This document shows, in pieces, positions 8,919 through 18,500 of a DNA stretch of 64,000 nucleotides. This stretch comes from Candidatus Norongarragalinales archaeon (lineage in GTDB: Archaea; Micrarchaeota; Micrarchaeia; Norongarragalinales; Norongarragalinaceae). Each line of letters starts with the position of its first letter. Position 1 is the stretch's first letter. Position numbers and translations under genes: made by a program. Below the pieces are notes generated by a model. The model saw only the letters and a list, made by a program, of their open reading frames with translations, ran no database searches and was not told the DNA's origin. Location of the stretch: the NCBI GenBank assembly GCA_038884755.1, contig JAWABJ010000001.1, positions 480,001 to 544,000 on the forward strand. Direction: 5' to 3'.

Positions 8919-10463
8919 ATGCCGGCCGCAGTCATTTCCGTTTTCGACAAGATTGGAATAGTGCATTTCGCCAAAGGGATGCATGAACTGGGATTCGAAA
9001 TAATCTCGAGTGGCGGCACCGCGAAAACGCTCAAGGAAAACAAAATCCCGGTTGTCGAAGTTTCGGAATACACTGGTTTTCCGGAAATGCTCGACGGGCG
9101 CGTTAAGACGCTGCACCCGAAAATCCACGGGGGAATCCTCTACAAGCGGGGAGTGAAAGAACACGAAGACAAGGTTCGCGAGCACGGCATAAAAACAATC
9201 GACTTGGTGGTCGCCAACCTCTATCCTTTCGAACAGACGGTTGCAAAGAAAGGCGTTTCTTTCGAAGAGATTATTGAAAACATCGACATCGGCGGTCCTG
9301 CGCTTATACGCGCGGCTGCGAAAAACTTCGAGAGCGTGGGCGTGATAGTCGACCCGAACGATTACGAGGGAATTTTGAAAGAATTGAAGGAAAAGCAAAA
9401 GCTTTCGCACCACACGCGCTCGCAATTGATGAAAAAAGCGTTCGAGCACACGGCATCATACGACGCTTCAATCGCCTCTTTCTTCGCAAGGCACGAGGGA
9501 GGCGCAGGCGCGTTTCCGCAAAAGCTTGTCTTGAGTTTCGAGAAAGCGGCGGAATTGCGTTACGGCGAAAACCCCCACCAGAAAGGGGCTTTGTACCGCA
9601 AGCCGGGAGAACAAACTTATTCCGACTTGCTTGTCCACGGCGAAAAAGAATTGAGCTTCAACAACATTCTCGATGCAGATTCTGCTTTCGCTTTAGTCCA
9701 AGAGTTTGCGAGCGAAAAAATGCACGCTTGCGTCATCGTAAAGCACAACAACCCTTGCGGCGTAGCGTTGGCGAATACGCAAAGGGAAGCGTGGGAAAAA
9801 GCTTTCGCTTCGGACACTATATCGGCGTTCGGCGGCATAGTGGCGTTCAACAAGCCTTTGGAGCATGAAACGGCAAAGAAAATGAACGAAGTTTTTCTAG
9901 AAGTCGTTATAGCTCCGGGTTTCAAGGAAAAGTCTCTAGAAACGTTGAGAGAAAAGAAAAACCTGCGTGTCATCAACTGCGAAGCGCTGGCTGGAAAGCA
10001 GAAGGATTTCGACGGAAAAACGGTTTTGAACGGGTTGTTGTGGCAAAACAACGACAATGTTCTACTCGAAGGGTTTGAAGCGGTTACGAAAAGAAGGCCC
10101 GACGAGAAGGAAAAGCGCGACTTGAACTTCGCGTGGATCGTCTGCAAGCACGTCAAAAGCAATTCCATCGTTCTTGCAAAAGGACTTCAAACGATCGGGT
10201 TGTGCGGGGGGCAGACGAACCGCGTTGATTGCGTGAAAATATCGGGCGAACGGGCTAAAAAATTCGGTTTTGAAACCAAGGGAAGCGTAATGGCGAGCGA
10301 CGCGTTCTTTCCGTTCAAGGACTCGGTCGAGAAAGCGGTTGAGTTGGGCGTCGTCGCGATAATCCAGCCTGGCGGGAGCTTGCGTGACGCTGAAAGCATA
10401 GGCGCTTGCGACGACACGGGCATAGCCATGGTTTTCACAAAGACGAGGCACTTCAGGCATTGA
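8919..10463 (+). CDS. purH: Bifunctional AICAR transformylase/IMP cyclohydrolase
   Basis: GRVKTLHP, IENIDIGGP, LRYGENPHQ, KHNNPCG, ASDAFFPF, IQPGGS, RHFRH. Confidence 0.98.
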   Translation: MPAAVISVFDKIGIVHFAKGMHELGFEIISSGGTAKTLKENKIPVVEVSEYTGFPEMLDGRVKTLHPKIHGGILYKRGVKEHEDKVREHGIKTIDLVVANLYPFEQTVAKKGVSFEEIIENIDIGGPALIRAAAKNFESVGVIVDPNDYEGILKELKEKQKLSHHTRSQLMKKAFEHTASYDASIASFFARHEGGAGAFPQKLVLSFEKAAELRYGENPHQKGALYRKPGEQTYSDLLVHGEKELSFNNILDADSAFALVQEFASEKMHACVIVKHNNPCGVALANTQREAWEKAFASDTISAFGGIVAFNKPLEHETAKKMNEVFLEVVIAPGFKEKSLETLREKKNLRVINCEALAGKQKDFDGKTVLNGLLWQNNDNVLLEGFEAVTKRRPDEKEKRDLNFAWIVCKHVKSNSIVLAKGLQTIGLCGGQTNRVDCVKISGERAKKFGFETKGSVMASDAFFPFKDSVEKAVELGVVAIIQPGGSLRDAESIGACDDTGIAMVFTKTRHFRH

Positions 10464-10534
10464 AAATAAGCGGGTTAAAAAGCGAGGGTTGAGAAAAATA
10501 CTTATTTCTCTCTTTTTTGCGGGGTTGCGTTGAA

Positions 10535-11944
10535 GTGTGCGGCATCATCGGGATTTTGAATTCGGAAGGGAACGACGTAGCAGGCAAAGTGTATACTGGA
10601 TTGCTTGCTTTGCAGCACAGGGGGCAGGATTCGGCGGGCATCGCGTCGTTCGACGGCTCGCGCATTAATTTAAAGAAAGGGCTTGGTCTCGTTTCGCAAG
10701 TGTTTACCGAAGACAACTTGGAAGTGCTGAAGGGAAGCGCGGCGATAGGGCACGTGCGGTATTCAACTTCCGGTTCGACCACTAAAGAAAACGCCCACCC
10801 GTTCATCCTCTCCGTTCCCATCACTCTCGCAACGGCGTTCAACGGGAACGTGGTGAATTACGAGGAACTGCGGAAGGATTACGACGGGAAAGTGGAAACG
10901 AATTGCGACATCGAGGTTTTGATGAAAGTTTTCGTGCAAGAGTACGAGAAAACCAACGACGGCAACGTCGAAAGCGTTTTCAACGCGGTTGAAAAGGTTT
11001 TCAAAGAAGTTAACGGCGCGTACAGCGTGGTGAACGTTTTGGAAGGCGGGCTGCTGGCGTTTCGCGACACGCGGGCCATACGCCCGCTCGTAATGGGAAA
11101 AAGCAAGGACGGGAAAACCGTTGCTTTCGCTTCCGAAACAACGGCTTTCGACGCGCTCGGAATGGAGTTCGTAAAAAACGTGGGTCCAGGCGAAGCGGTT
11201 TTCGTCGATTTGAAAGGAAAAATCCACGAGAAAAAAATAAACGCCAAGCAACCCGCGCATTGCATGTTCGAATACGTTTACTTTTCTCGCCCTGATTCAG
11301 AATTGGACGGCAAGAGCGTTTACGAAACCAGGATTTCCCTTGGAAAAATACTTGGGGAAAGGCTCAAGGGAAAAGGCGACGTGGTGGTCCCGGTTCCGGA
11401 CACTTCGAGGCCGGCTGCTGGAGCGTTGGGTGAAGTCGCAGGCATTCCCACTCAAGAAGGCTTGATCAAAAACCGTTACGTCTGGCGGACGTTCATAATG
11501 CCCACGCAAAAACAGCGCGACAAGGCAATGCAAGTGAAATTGAACGTGAACAAGCCCGTGGTGGAAGGGAAGAACGTGATTCTCGTGGACGACAGCATAG
11601 TTCGCGGAACCACTTCGAGAAAAATCGTAAAGCTCGTGAAGGAAAAGGCGAAAACGGTGCATTTGGTTTCCACTTGCCCTCCGATAAAAAACCCGTGTTA
11701 TTACGGCGTCGACTTTCCCGACGAAGCAGAGCTTATTGCAAATTCCAAAGACATTCCGGAAATACGAAAGGAAGTTGGCGCTGACGAGTTGACTTACGCG
11801 ACCGTGGAAGACTTGAAAAAAGCCACGGGGCTGCCTTTGTGCACCGCATGCATAACGGGAGAGTATCCGACTCACGTTACTGAAAAGTACAAGCAGCAGT
11901 TGCGCGAAGCCAGAAGGCAGGAAAGGGAAAACGCGCGCGGCTGA
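10535..11944 (+). CDS. purF: Amidophosphoribosyltransferase
   Basis: GTG start giving N-terminal CGIIG, LQHRGQDSAG, GHVRYST, CMFEYVYFSRPDS, VDDSIVRGTT. Confidence 0.98.
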   Translation: MCGIIGILNSEGNDVAGKVYTGLLALQHRGQDSAGIASFDGSRINLKKGLGLVSQVFTEDNLEVLKGSAAIGHVRYSTSGSTTKENAHPFILSVPITLATAFNGNVVNYEELRKDYDGKVETNCDIEVLMKVFVQEYEKTNDGNVESVFNAVEKVFKEVNGAYSVVNVLEGGLLAFRDTRAIRPLVMGKSKDGKTVAFASETTAFDALGMEFVKNVGPGEAVFVDLKGKIHEKKINAKQPAHCMFEYVYFSRPDSELDGKSVYETRISLGKILGERLKGKGDVVVPVPDTSRPAAGALGEVAGIPTQEGLIKNRYVWRTFIMPTQKQRDKAMQVKLNVNKPVVEGKNVILVDDSIVRGTTSRKIVKLVKEKAKTVHLVSTCPPIKNPCYYGVDFPDEAELIANSKDIPEIRKEVGADELTYATVEDLKKATGLPLCTACITGEYPTHVTEKYKQQLREARRQERENARG

Positions 11945-11967
11945 ACACGGCGATTGCCGGAGGGTTT

Positions 11968-13275
11968 TTGAAGTTGAAGGCTTTACTCGTAGGCGGCGGG
12001 GCGAGAGAACACGCGATAGCAAAACGCTTGAGCGAGTCGAGCGAATTGAGCGTTGCAATGAAACACAAAAACCCGGGCATCGCGAGAATCGCTAAATCCA
12101 TTTTATTGGAAAGCGAAACGAACGTCGACAGCGTCGTTGCGTTTGCGTTGAAGGAAAAAGCAGATTTCGCGGTCGTCGGGCTGGAAGCGCCTTTGGAAAA
12201 AGGGCTTGCCAACGTTTTGGAAGCGAAAGGCATTCCTTGCGTGGGAGCTTCGCAAAAAGCCGCTTTGCTTGAAACGAACAAATTGTTCTGCCGCCAGTTC
12301 ATGCGAGACAACGGCATAGACTGCATTCCCGACTTTTTCGTTTTCGATGAAGCGGGCGAAGCTCAAGAGTTTTTGAGGGGAATGGAAAAGGCGGTTGTAA
12401 AGCCAGTAGGGCTTACGGGAGGAAAGGGAGTTAAAGTAATGGGCGAACAGGTTTCCAAACAAGAGGCGCTGGATTACGCAAAAGCGCTTGTGGAGAAAGA
12501 CGGAACAGTGCTGATAGAAGATTTTCTCGAGGGTGAAGAGTTTTCGCTGCAAGCTTTCGTCTCAGGCGATGCGGTGGTGGAAATGCCTTTGGCGCAAGAC
12601 CACAAGCGCGCTTTTGAAGGAGACCAAGGCCCTAACACCGGCGGAATGGGTTCTTACAGCGACGCAAACCATTTGCTTCCGTTCGTCACTCTAGAAGAAA
12701 AAAACCAGGCTTTGAACGCAATGAGGCAGACGGTCAAAGCGCTGAAGAAAAGCGGGGTTGAGTACAAGGGCGTGCTTTACGGGCAATTCATGCTCACTAA
12801 GCACGGCCCCAAGCTGGTGGAATACAACGCGCGCTTCGGAGACCCCGAGGCGATGAACGTCTTGCCTTTGCTCGAAGGGGATTTCACGAGATTGTGCTGG
12901 AAAATGATTGACGGAAAGCTGTCTCCAGGCGACGCCGTTTTCGAAAACAAGGCGACGGTAGTGAAATACGCTGTTCCCGAAGGCTATCCCGACCATCCCG
13001 CGAAAGGCGCAGAAATAACCGTTGACGAAAGTAAAATCAATTCTTTAGGCGGTCAAGTGTTTTATGCAATCGTCAGCGAGGAAAACGGGCGGCTTTTGAT
13101 GGGAGGCTCGCGCGCAGTTGCAATTCTGGGAAAAGGCGATTCTATTGCAGAGGCGGAAGGAGTAGCTCAAAAGGCAATCGAAACGGTTAAAGGAAAAATA
13201 TTCTACAGGAAAGACATAGGCACTAACGCGCTCGTGCAAAAGCGAATCGAGCACATGCGCGGGATAAGAGGTTGA
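11968..13275 (+). CDS. purD: Phosphoribosylamine--glycine ligase
   Basis: GGGAREHA, GLTGGKGV, QDHKRAFEGDQGPNTGGMGSYS, EYNARFGDPE. Confidence 0.98.
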   Translation: MKLKALLVGGGAREHAIAKRLSESSELSVAMKHKNPGIARIAKSILLESETNVDSVVAFALKEKADFAVVGLEAPLEKGLANVLEAKGIPCVGASQKAALLETNKLFCRQFMRDNGIDCIPDFFVFDEAGEAQEFLRGMEKAVVKPVGLTGGKGVKVMGEQVSKQEALDYAKALVEKDGTVLIEDFLEGEEFSLQAFVSGDAVVEMPLAQDHKRAFEGDQGPNTGGMGSYSDANHLLPFVTLEEKNQALNAMRQTVKALKKSGVEYKGVLYGQFMLTKHGPKLVEYNARFGDPEAMNVLPLLEGDFTRLCWKMIDGKLSPGDAVFENKATVVKYAVPEGYPDHPAKGAEITVDESKINSLGGQVFYAIVSEENGRLLMGGSRAVAILGKGDSIAEAEGVAQKAIETVKGKIFYRKDIGTNALVQKRIEHMRGIRG

Positions 13276-13282
13276 ACTGGAA

Positions 13283-14056
13283 ATGAGGGTTGAAGCGGCG
13301 GTTGCGGCAATAGCAATAATCGCCGTAGCGTTTTTCGCGGGTTTCCAAGCCAATTCACTTTCGCAGCCGGCAGGACGGACGGTGTTTTTAGAAGCGTCCG
13401 CAGTTCCGCAGGCTTCCGAAACGGTTGAAATCACCGAGGGCGAAACGCGCGTAATGTCCATAGACGTTCCGGCCGTAGACCGAAACGACAACGGCGTTCT
13501 CGCCAGGTTGAACGTGGAAGCGCGGAGGGGGGCTGGAAGGGTTTACATAGACTACAGCCAGAAAGCGCCTTTGCTCGGCAGTGAAACGCAAAACTCGATT
13601 TTGACTGCGGTTGAAGTGGCGAAAAAAACCACTGGAAAACAGTTGAAGGCAACCAACCTTTACTTTTCCCTTTCCACAGACGCGCAGGAAGTCGGAGGCT
13701 CTAGCGCGGGCGGGTCGGTGGCAGTTGCGACGGCAGCCTTGCTTTCAGGCAGGAAAATCAAGAAAGGGTTCATAATGACGGGAACGGTGGACGAAAACGG
13801 GCGTATAGGCAAAGTCGGGAGGATTTTGGAGAAAGCGCAGGCGGCCAAGAAAGCAGGCTACACCACGTTCCTCGTGCCGCCAGGAGAGTCCAAAATAGAC
13901 GTTGCTGTCGAAAAATGCATCGAAAAAAGAGTGGGCAACGCGCTAATCAAAAACTGCAGCACCGAATTCTACGAGAAAAACGTCGAGGATGAGGCTGGCA
14001 TCAGAATCATAGAAGTGGGGGAGTTCAAGCAGGCGTTCGCCCTGATGACAGAGTGA
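13283..14056 (+). CDS. Exported/membrane-anchored Lon-like (S16) protease domain protein
   Basis: N-terminal hydrophobic segment; VGGSSAG (Ser) and MTGTVDENGRIGKVG..LEKAQAA (Lys) dyad motifs; no ATPase domain. Confidence 0.88.
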   Translation: MRVEAAVAAIAIIAVAFFAGFQANSLSQPAGRTVFLEASAVPQASETVEITEGETRVMSIDVPAVDRNDNGVLARLNVEARRGAGRVYIDYSQKAPLLGSETQNSILTAVEVAKKTTGKQLKATNLYFSLSTDAQEVGGSSAGGSVAVATAALLSGRKIKKGFIMTGTVDENGRIGKVGRILEKAQAAKKAGYTTFLVPPGESKIDVAVEKCIEKRVGNALIKNCSTEFYEKNVEDEAGIRIIEVGEFKQAFALMTE

Positions 14057-14091
14057 ATTTAAACACTCCCGCGCCTAAATTCTTTTCCAGT

Positions 14092-14211
14092 GCGGAGGTC
14101 GCATAGTGGCTATTGCGGCAGCCTGCTATCTTTGCTTTTTTGCTGAAGAAGTAAGGCGGCCAGCTGTTACTCCGATTTTGGGGTGCGCGGGTTCGAATCC
14201 CGCCCTCCGCG
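14092..14211 (+). tRNA. tRNA-Ser(GCT) with 33-nt intron (14129-14161) at position 37/38
   Basis: Acceptor GCGGAGG/CCTCCGC, discriminator G, anticodon stem GCAGC/GCTGT, GCT at 14125-14127, long variable arm, GTTCGAATC, bulge-helix-bulge with CTGC/GCGG helix; TTTAAA at 14058. Confidence 0.93.
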
Positions 14212-14219
14212 CTCTAGAA

Positions 14220-14239
14220 GGAGAAACCAAGGTTTCTCC
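14220..14239. repeat. Perfect inverted repeat just downstream of tRNA-Ser
   Basis: GGAGAAACC-AA-GGTTTCTCC, followed by a pyrimidine-rich tract; possible terminator between convergent genes. Confidence 0.5.
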
Positions 14240-14336
14240 GCTCTATTCCTCTTCCTTTACTGCATTCTTAGCCTACAACCTTTTTCCTTTTCCAAACCCT
14301 TTCCCCTACTGCAGTCTCAACCTGGCGCTCTTTCTT

Positions 14337-15473
14337 TTATTTAGAAAGAAGGAAGCTCAACGCAACCGTGGCGTAGCAACCGCTTTCGAGCGAAAAACGC
14401 AGTTTGACGTCCCCACCGTTCGATTCGATAATTTTGAAGTCTGTCATTTCCGCAAAGAAATTCCTTTCGCCGCCCTTGGAACTCAAGAAAGGCATTTGTT
14501 TTATTTTGAAAGAGTCCTGCGAAAGCCCCTCGCGCTCGAGCAAAGCCTTTTCCCTTTCGCCCAAAACCGAATCTCCGCCGACAAGCAAGCCTTTTTCCTG
14601 CAAATTCCAACCGCCTTCCCTCACGCGCTCTTCCAGCATTTCGTTGAAGAGTCTCGATTGAAATGCGTGAATAAACATCAAAACGAAATGCCTAGGCATG
14701 CGTCCAAGCGCGCCCACGAAATCATTAGGGCTTTTTGCTAAATGTTCTAGCATCATGTGTTCGTACTTCAAGTGCTTCGGGAAATGCGCCAGCGCGTCGG
14801 CAAAGTTTTTTTCTTCAGCAAGCGTCTTGCGCGCCGCAACGCTCTCCGCGTCCTTCTCGCCCTCGCTGAAAGACAGGTAATTCAAAACCGCGCCTTGAAA
14901 ATCGCCTTTCAGCAAAAACCCGCCGACTTCCGCCGTGTTCTTGCGCAGCGAACCGAAGCGCTGCAGCCCGAAAAAGTTGGGGAAAACAAAGCCGTGCGAT
15001 TGCGCTTTAGCCAGGATTATTGCAGCATCGGGCTTCACCCCGCAATTCTCTTCGTTGAGAGTTATGGTAAAACGGTTGCCCTGCAAATCTCCCAAACGCA
15101 CTTTCTTGCTTGAAACCCAAGCGCCGTTTATGCGTAAATCCTTTATCCTGCCGTTGGCTTGCATTATGCGGTCTGGGGGGATTGCGAAAGCGCTGCACAA
15201 TTGCGTTGTTATGGCATTCCGGTCTTTGGTGCCCGCGTAGTTGAAGCGTGACGGTTTGGCGTGCAGGAACGACGCTAGTGAATGCAGTGCCTGTTCGGTA
15301 TTCCACGCCTTCTTTTGCAAAACAAAGCGCGTGAAAAAGTTTTTTTGCAAAAGCTCGCTTTGCTTTTGAACTGGCTTGTCTACTTCAAAGATACTGCCGT
15401 CTGCCGCTATCTCCTCTACGACAAATTCTTCAGGCTTGAAGCTGAACTCGATGAATCTGAAAGAACCGTTCAT
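14337..15473 (-). CDS. truD: tRNA pseudouridine(13) synthase TruD
   Basis: PEEFVVEE, YAGTKDRNAIT, LGDLQGNRFTI, PNFFGLQRFG, HAFQSRLFN, GCYATV. Confidence 0.96.
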   Translation of the reverse strand: MNGSFRFIEFSFKPEEFVVEEIAADGSIFEVDKPVQKQSELLQKNFFTRFVLQKKAWNTEQALHSLASFLHAKPSRFNYAGTKDRNAITTQLCSAFAIPPDRIMQANGRIKDLRINGAWVSSKKVRLGDLQGNRFTITLNEENCGVKPDAAIILAKAQSHGFVFPNFFGLQRFGSLRKNTAEVGGFLLKGDFQGAVLNYLSFSEGEKDAESVAARKTLAEEKNFADALAHFPKHLKYEHMMLEHLAKSPNDFVGALGRMPRHFVLMFIHAFQSRLFNEMLEERVREGGWNLQEKGLLVGGDSVLGEREKALLEREGLSQDSFKIKQMPFLSSKGGERNFFAEMTDFKIIESNGGDVKLRFSLESGCYATVALSFLLSK

Positions 15474-15504
15474 ACGCTCTGAAATAATTGTCCCCGGCGG
15501 ATAT

Positions 15505-18500
15505 TTAAGACTGGGATGCTGTGAACGTGGTGGTGGAGGTTTTCGCGCCTGCCGGCTCGTCTGAGGGAATGCGCCAGTTTATCGCTATTTTGGCGGAATC
15601 CGCCGAATCGGAATAGCCTAGCTTGCACAAGGCGTAGGGAACGCCGCTCTGGCCTGTTTCGTTTACGTTATACCATGAATTGTAGTTGTTGAAGGGCGCC
15701 GGGCAGGCTGACGCGAGGCTTCCCGGTTCGTAGTCAGACGCGTTAAACCGATACCAAGTGTCGGGCATGGGAGTGGTGTTGCGGGAAAACGGTGCGGAGC
15801 CCGTAATGGTGATGTTCATTTGCACGTTCCCGTCGTTCTGCAGGATGAAATACCGGTACCCCAAGCCGCTGGCGTTGTCAGAGTAGTAATCGTTACCCAC
15901 ACTCACGTCGGAAAAGTTGACGGTGTGGTTCAAAAGAGAAAGGTCCAACACTGCGACTACGTTTAGGCACAAGGCTTGCGTGGTGTTGGTGCTCAAATAA
16001 ACGGTTTGCGTGTCGTTCACGTACCCGCTGGCGTTGGCGTAAAACTTGTGGGGAGTGTAGTTTACAGTCACTTCCAAATCGCCTCCAGCATCATAGTATT
16101 CTGCGAACGAAGAGACGTTCCTGAAGCCCGTAAGCCCATCTGAACCGCTGAGCGTGCTGTCGAGGTAGTTCGCCTGCGTGCTGTAGAAGGAAACGTTGGC
16201 TCCGTTGAATGCCGTGCTGTTCTCGCAATAGGTCACGTTGCCTCGGGCGTAATAGGCGACAGTGTAGTTTGCCGTAACGAGTGAGGTGCGCGAGGGACTC
16301 ACGTTCGCGCTAAGGAAATAATTGTCGAGCGAGTTTGTCAACAACAAGTGGGGATTCGTTCCAGTCAAAGCCAACAGCAATTCTACGAAAGTGAGGTTGT
16401 TCGAGTCGGTTGCTTTGATTGCGGTCGAGGCGTTGGTTATGGTGGTGTTGAAGAACGTGTTGTTGTGCGCATTCGAAGAAAACGTTATGGCGTTGGATAC
16501 CGAACTTAAGGTATTGACTATAAACCGGCTGGTGTTCAAGCCACTCAAGGTGATGCCGTAGCTCATGTTTTCCAAAGTGGTGGTCGTGCCGTTGAAAGAA
16601 CCTTGTGCAGGCTGGTTGTAAGTGAAGTTCAACCCGCTTATTCCGCCCCTGGCGAAAGTTGAGGACATGGTTCCCGTGGAATTCACTAGGTAAGCTGCAG
16701 TGGTGAAGTTCATCATGCTGCACTCGACGATGGAAAGCGAATTTCTGCCTATTGCTCGCAGTCCTATTCCGCTGTTGCCCGAACCGTCTATCACGTAGTA
16801 AAAGTTGCTTTTGGAGGGCGCGCAGTCGAGAGTGGCACTCCCGCCTATGAAGTCGTAGCATGCAGTTCTTCCCGACGAAGAATCGAAAGTCACGTTCTGG
16901 CTCATGGTAAAGCTTTCACCCGCGTGAATGTCTCTGCACGAGCGGGAAACGTTGTTTATGCCCGTGAAGTTGAAGGCGAAGTCGAAGTTAGTGGCGTTTG
17001 GGTAAACGCTGTTAGTGTTTTCAAACAACGTTACCGGGCTCCACGTGTCTCTGGAAGAGTTGTAGTGCTGGCCGCAAATCGGCTCGTTCGAGTGGTTTGT
17101 GTTGTAGATGAGCATCGTGTCGTTGGAAAACGCGTCGGGAACAAGTCGCACGAGCATAGAATCGGTTTGCTCGCTGCCGCTGTTTCCAGTTCCGCAAATG
17201 TCGGAAGTAGTGTTTCTTGCGGAAGTCCAAGTGCCGGCAAAGCAGTTGCTTGCGGTCGTACAACGCCGTTCCAACGGCGAGTTTTGATACCTTCCCGCGT
17301 AAACAACCATTGCCCCGCCGCTTCCTCCCAAGTAAGCGACGTCGGCAGTCTTCCGGTCTTGAAAAGTCACGGCAGGAGCGCCGTTGGAAACCAACGTCGT
17401 TTGCGTGCCCCACGCCGAACCGTTCCATTCTATAGCGTCTAACTGATGCGAAGAAGTTCTGTAGCTTATCGCAGCCATCACCCTGTTCGAAGCAGGTCTG
17501 CTCGTGCAATCCAGCCAGTTGATTCCCACAAGCGAACCCGATCCCACGCTAGTTGCCGAAGACCAAGTGTCGTTGTTGACGTAGTGAATCCGAAAAGTGA
17601 GCACCCCGGCGAGAGTTTCGAACAAAACCAGCGCATTGCCTGTTTGCTGTTCGTAAGCGGTGCACATGGTCTTGCGCGTCACGGCGTTTGTTATAGCAGT
17701 ATGCGTCACGGGAGTTCCGAATTGCGAGCCGTTCCAAAAGTAAGTGCAAACGTCGTTGGCGCTGTCTTGGTATGTCACTACAATCTCGTCTGACAGCGGC
17801 TTTGCCCGCGCTTCAACCCAAAGGGGAATGCCGGCGCAAGAGTCGTTCACCTGGAATTTTTCAGTCCCGCTCCAAGTGTTGTTTTCGGGATACCAAATTC
17901 GGTAGTAAGGCGTGTCGGTGTTGTTTGCCGTTATTACGAGCCCCCAGCCGCGTATTTTTTCAAACGCAATGTCGAAACCGCGGTAGTTGTCGTTCGTGGT
18001 TCCGATATTCGCTACCACCCTCTGGTCCGAACCCCACGTGTAATTGCGCCAAAGTTGAGCGTGAACCACGCCCGTATCGTCTAAAAATCCGCCAATGCAA
18101 GCATTTTCCAAAGGATTGCACTCCACGCGCGTCCATTCTATATCCTCGCCTAATCCAAAGAAAGAAGTTCCCGAACCTTCAGCAGACCAACCCGCAGTCC
18201 AATTACGGTATTTCGGACCATTGTTAAAAAATTGATAGTATGCTACAATCCCGATGGAACTGTTGGAATAAAGAAGCATTTCAAAATCGCTACTGCTGTT
18301 CGCGGTATTGCCGTCGTGCGCGGTGTAATTCAAGCGGAAAGTGCCGGCGAGGAGGTTCGAGGAAATGTTGTAGTTCCAAACTCCGTTTTTGTTCGAGCCG
18401 TTGTACAAGCTCATGGTGTAGTTCGTAATGCTCCCATTCACGTGATCAAAAGTAAGGTTGACTTCGCTTGTGCCATTGTCGTCGGAAAAATTCGCAAAGA

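Noticed and set aside
14106..14741. 211-aa plus-strand ORF
   Set aside because: Runs through tRNA-Ser and antisense to truD
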